From NCBI GenBank assembly GCA_051294375.1, contig JBJCIZ010000121.1:1-22928 (forward strand): a stretch of 22,928 nt of DNA. The letters are read 5' to 3'. The number at the start of each line of letters is the position of its first letter. The stretch's first letter is position 1. The notes below the pieces were generated by a model, which worked only from the letters and a program-made list of their open reading frames with translations, made no database searches and was not told where the DNA came from. The position numbers were made by a program, and so were the translations under genes. This document shows, one piece after another, positions 19,397 to 22,928 of this stretch. Origin of the DNA: Paraspadella gotoi. Its lineage: Eukaryota; Animalia; Chaetognatha.

Positions 19397-19657
19397 ATGT
19401 CTGAAGTGAGAAGAAACTTCAAAAAGTATGCCAGAGAAAACGCGATATTCTGGCTGCCTACAAGTCTCGAAGATGCATTGGACGAGATACAAAAGAGGGA
19501 AGACAACCTGGTTCGGAGGATTCAAGAATATGGGATCCATGGCGCGGATGAGCGCGAATTCAAGACAATCGCACAGCTTACCAGATGGGCGAAAATCCTG
19601 GAAGAGCAAAGAGAAATCTTTTCGCTGGAAACCAAAACTATAATGAATCTTCATTAA
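19397..19657 (+). CDS. Accessory protein family beta (86 aa), copy B
   Basis: Intact counterpart of 779-1042; LPTSLEDAL ... RWAKILEEQREIFSLET. Confidence 0.87.
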   Translation: MSEVRRNFKKYARENAIFWLPTSLEDALDEIQKREDNLVRRIQEYGIHGADEREFKTIAQLTRWAKILEEQREIFSLETKTIMNLH

Positions 19658-19720
19658 CTTATTTTTTTTTAGTCGCCACAATATTGATTCAGATGAATAA
19701 TCAATTTATTTTAAGCTAAA

Positions 19721-20056
19721 ATGAATATCAAAGCTTTCAACGAAATCCGGAACCAAATAAACAGAGATTGGAATGACCTGGACCAAAGACCCTGGAGCCA
19801 GGGAAAGACAAAATCCATCATCAGCTTGATGATCAGAGAAGACGCATTATGGAATCTGAGAGAAGAGGAGATCAGAAAACAAGTCCCACGAACGATTGCG
19901 GAAGTTAGAAAAGCAACGGAGAGATCAAAAAATATTATATGGCTGATCGGAGAAGCATTAAAGGTCAAGCCTAAAAACGCAACCATCTACCTCCAATTCA
20001 TCAAGGCGGAAAAAGAAAAGATGGAGAAACTCGAAAAGGAAAATCACGTTCGATGA
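19721..20056 (+). CDS. Accessory protein, tentatively family alpha (111 aa), copy B
   Basis: Counterpart of 1116-1448. Confidence 0.85.
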   Translation: MNIKAFNEIRNQINRDWNDLDQRPWSQGKTKSIISLMIREDALWNLREEEIRKQVPRTIAEVRKATERSKNIIWLIGEALKVKPKNATIYLQFIKAEKEKMEKLEKENHVR

Positions 20057-20170
20057 ACTCATAATCGGTCTTCTTTATTTAGTTGCTCCTTATTGGCGTG
20101 AATTATCATTCATTAACTTTTCCTTTTCGTCATTATTAACAATTCTTGTTTGTTTATAAAGGCAGCGGAT

Positions 20171-20521
20171 ATGTCAAAAAGTCAGGACTCCGACCATTGG
20201 ATTCGCGGCCATTGTCAACTGACTTATATCATGAAGAATCGGATGAAGCAAGGGATACACCAAAGAATGCCGAGTTCCGCTGAGGAGTCATTTGAGCAGC
20301 TCAGAGAGAACTGTTCAGAGATGGCGAAAAACGAAATCGTCATGGAGATGAAGCTTGCCGAAAATGCCCAAGCGGACGTAGAAGTTGAAAAGAAAAGAAT
20401 TCAAATCCTCAACGACGAGAATACAAACCTTAGCCTCTGGGTAAAATTCAAGCTTCAACGGGAGGATTTATTTTCCGAAAGGACTTTAGACGACATCACA
20501 ACAGAATCCTGTGATAATTGA
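20171..20521 (+). CDS. Accessory protein family beta (116 aa), copy B
   Basis: Counterpart of 1540-1884; MPSSAEESF ... LWVKFKLQREDLFSERTL. Confidence 0.85.
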   Translation: MSKSQDSDHWIRGHCQLTYIMKNRMKQGIHQRMPSSAEESFEQLRENCSEMAKNEIVMEMKLAENAQADVEVEKKRIQILNDENTNLSLWVKFKLQREDLFSERTLDDITTESCDN

Positions 20522-20740
20522 CATTTATTTCATGTTGTCTGGTTTATTGATATAATTGTCATTGGCCCCTTTATTGAAATTGATTGGGTAATCGATTGTT
20601 TACTTACTTTAACAGGGCATCTTTCTGATAAAAAGTGTGATCACACTTTAAACTTGAACTCATTGAAATAAACTTGCGATATTTTAAGCGACGCGCGACC
20701 GGAGCGGGACTTCACTCAGTCCGAAAATAGCAAATTCAAG

Positions 20741-20831
20741 GTGAAATATATTCAATACTTACCTGAAAAAATAATATAATTCAAGATATATAACAATCAT
20801 TTAAATACTCACAAAAATTACCTGTTCCCAG
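20741..20831 (+). other. 91-nt 5'UTR spliceosomal intron, absent from copy A
   Basis: CAAATTCAAG|GTGAAA...TTCCCAG|ATGCTT in B versus contiguous CAAATTCAAG|ATGCTC at 2127-2142 in A. Confidence 0.8.
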
Positions 20832-22214
20832 ATGCTTAATTCCCGCGACACCATGTGGAGTAATGACGAACTCCTGAATCTCTCTCTCGACGTACCGGGA
20901 GAAGATTACGCTTCCATATTCCCGTCAACACCTCTTTTCGAAACGCAGAATTGCGCAAATCCGGACGACATAGCGGGCTTCAACGGAAAGGACCCGCTAA
21001 GTCTCAACACACCTCCAAATCCTAACTCCCTCTTCGATCAAAGTATCCCTCCCACAATTAGTACACCCATTTCATCTCTTATGGAACTTCCAGAGGTACT
21101 TAAATTTAAAATTGTTGGGTTATTATTGTTATGTGCTTATACTCACCTGCGATATTACTTATAGCCAACTCTTCTTCAACGTCAGCCATTGGACAACGCG
21201 TTGGAAGATTCTTCATCAAGCGACGGAACGTTGCCCTACGAGATACCACCCACGCCTAAAACCCCACCCAACTTATCTACGACGCTCTTTGATCCGCCAA
21301 CCCGAAGAATGCCGCCAATTCCGATGAAAAACGGGGCAATAGATACATCTCGGTGCAATAACAATCTCAGCCTCCTTGCATTCAACGACGAAAAGATTCC
21401 GTTCATCGTCGGGACGACCGACGAATGGAAGTTCAGGCCGGATGTCTCGCTTTCGGGCAAAATCGGAAAGTGGATCAAGACATGCCGACGCAATTGGCGG
21501 AAAGTTGCAAAGAAACGCGGCATCGATTACGTCAAGTTCGTCTTCGAGAATTTTGGTCTTCTCGTCAATCCCAGCGAGCCTAAAGTCGAAAGACTTCACC
21601 TACCTTCAAATGGCGTTCAAAGGGCGACGATAGCCAAAAGAAACGTCGTCATCAGAAAACCGGCGCCATCAGCTTCATCATCGTCCATCGTCGACTCGGT
21701 GACGCTCGGGGCGCCGTTGGCATCGTCGTCATTTAACGACATATCGGCGGAGTCAAAGAGACCGCGAAGCGATGAAGTTCGTCGTCTACTCGCCGAAAAA
21801 GAGACCTTAAAGTTAGAACGCGACAAATTCAAGGATCGCGCGGCAAAATTGGAGGAAGAACTCGCTCAGGAAAGGAAGTTACGTGAAAAGGATCGCGACC
21901 GCTTTGAGGAGAAAATCAACAAGATAAGAGAAGACTCCGATAAACGTATCGATCGCTTAACAGAGACCCACCTTCACGAGATCAAGAGCTGGCGAGAGGC
22001 CCTTTGCGTTCCCCAACCGTCAAGTTCCCACTTACCTCAAAAAAGTAAAGAGAAAAGTCGTGAACTTCCCAAAATGCGTGTACATAGTGAACCGTTCAAA
22101 ATCGCAGACACTCGTCCCCACTTACCTGTTTTTGATCCCCCACCTCATTTGCAACATCTGACGAAACCCCCACGTCAATCCCCACCCCCTCGTAAAATAC
22201 AAAAAAAGTATTAA
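20832..22214 (+). CDS. Two-exon 437-aa Pro-rich/basic/coiled-coil protein (exon 1 20832-21095, intron 21096-21164, exon 2 21165-22214)
   Basis: The GAG|GTACTT...TTATAG phase-0 intron joins two ORFs in frame, at the same position as in copy A. Exons are conserved while the intron has diverged. Basic WIKTCRRNWRKVAKKRG segment, long coiled coil, basic C-terminus. Confidence 0.85.
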
Positions 22215-22751
22215 AAAAATAGTTACTTACTCTGTACATGTTTATCTTTGAAACCGTCAGGCTGATTTGTATTATAAACAATCAAATTTAATTAACTGAC
22301 GGCTAAAGTCTTACCAACTTTACATTATAGAACATTATCATTTACTTTCCTTTCGTTGAACAACTATTGATGATACTTAATGCTTCTATATAAATAGGAT
22401 TATTTTATTTTATTGATACCTGCTTCCTCATACAAGCAAAATTATTCATGGAATTGATATTCACTTACCTCCTCGTAGAGTTATCTGTTCATTTAACTCC
22501 TCGTGGAAATATAAATAGTCACTTACCTTTTCGCGTATATAATTAGTCATCTAATTAATACTTACCTACCTTTCGTACGTACAATTACTTATCCGATCGA
22601 TATGAAGCAATATGCATAATATAAATGAGAATTTGCTCTCCTGTTCCCCTCTTCTAACAATAAAATTGGACAACGTAATAAAGTAGAATTTAATTTCAAA
22701 TAAGAGATAGTTGAGAAAGGACAAGGTCAAATTTAATTACCCCTCACAAAT

Positions 22752-22760
22752 GGGGGAGAA
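22752..22760 (+). promoter_or_regulatory. Polypurine tract (PPT) of copy B
   Basis: GGGGGAGAA followed by TGAGATCCCTTT, as at 4067-4087. Confidence 0.75.
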
Positions 22761-22928
22761 TGAGATCCCTTTATTAAAGCTGAGTTCCCAAACTAAACCC
22801 GAGTAAATTCAAGCGAATCACATAATTTGTGTGAGGATAATTAAATCCGATCGAGACGGCCGAGACGCATTCCCTGGGCCACCGAGTTGCTGAGAGTTCC
22901 TGGTTGATGCGGGAAAGATCAACGGTGG
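22761..22928 (+). repeat. Start of 3' LTR (truncated by window end)
   Basis: Homologous to 4076-4248 (TGAGATCCCTTT, GAGTAAA, TCACATAATTTGTG, GTTCCTG, GGAAAG, ACGGTGG) but with many substitutions. Confidence 0.75.

Larger units (their letters stand above)
4076..22928 (+). mobile_element. Giant BEL/Pao (Belpaoviridae-like) LTR retrotransposon unit (copy B), 18,685 bp from LTR start to LTR start
   Basis: Three-knuckle BEL-type gag, PR-RT-RH-IN order with Pao-type motifs, PPT+TG at both ends, accessory array between pol and PPT. Confidence 0.88.

Noticed and set aside
16841-20521. Prophage or bacterial operon of small hypothetical genes
   Set aside because: GT-AG introns, AATAAA signals, no consistent Shine-Dalgarno motifs and linkage to a BEL/Pao pol indicate a eukaryotic element.
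20755-20765. U1 snRNA gene (ATACTTACCTG)
   Set aside because: Only the first 11 nt match; the following sequence is AT-rich intron with no U1 stem-loops or Sm site.
12728-22214. env gene downstream of pol
   Set aside because: No long ORF with signal peptide, Cys-rich ectodomain or transmembrane anchor is visible.
183-22281. Minus-strand and alternate-frame ORFs in the ORF track (for example 2968-3414, 6003-6464, 11884-12327, 4204-4542)
   Set aside because: Shadows of + strand coding regions or repeats; divergence between copies follows the + strand codon structure.

Overview
Eukaryotic (animal-type) DNA dominated by an unusually large BEL/Pao-family LTR retrotransposon on the + strand. One unit runs about 18.7 kb between two PPT/LTR starts (4076 and 22761). 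It contains an LTR and leader, a split gag region (5386-8533) and an intact protease-RT-RNaseH-integrase pol frame (8534-12727). Pol is in frame with gag behind a single UGA that is followed by a strong RNA stem. Where env would sit there is instead about 9.5 kb with roughly 15 small same-strand accessory ORFs. These fall into a few internally paralogous families, two of which alternate. They are separated by short AT-rich spacers carrying a recurrent ACTYACCT motif and AG acceptors, and the last gene has spliceosomal introns. Positions 1-4075 are the 3' end of a second, diverged relative lying head-to-tail and apparently sharing the LTR at 4076. Comparing the two copies by eye shows codon-level conservation of the accessory genes and a precise intron loss. 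The LTR 3' end, PBS, host species and accessory gene functions could not be determined from sequence alone.
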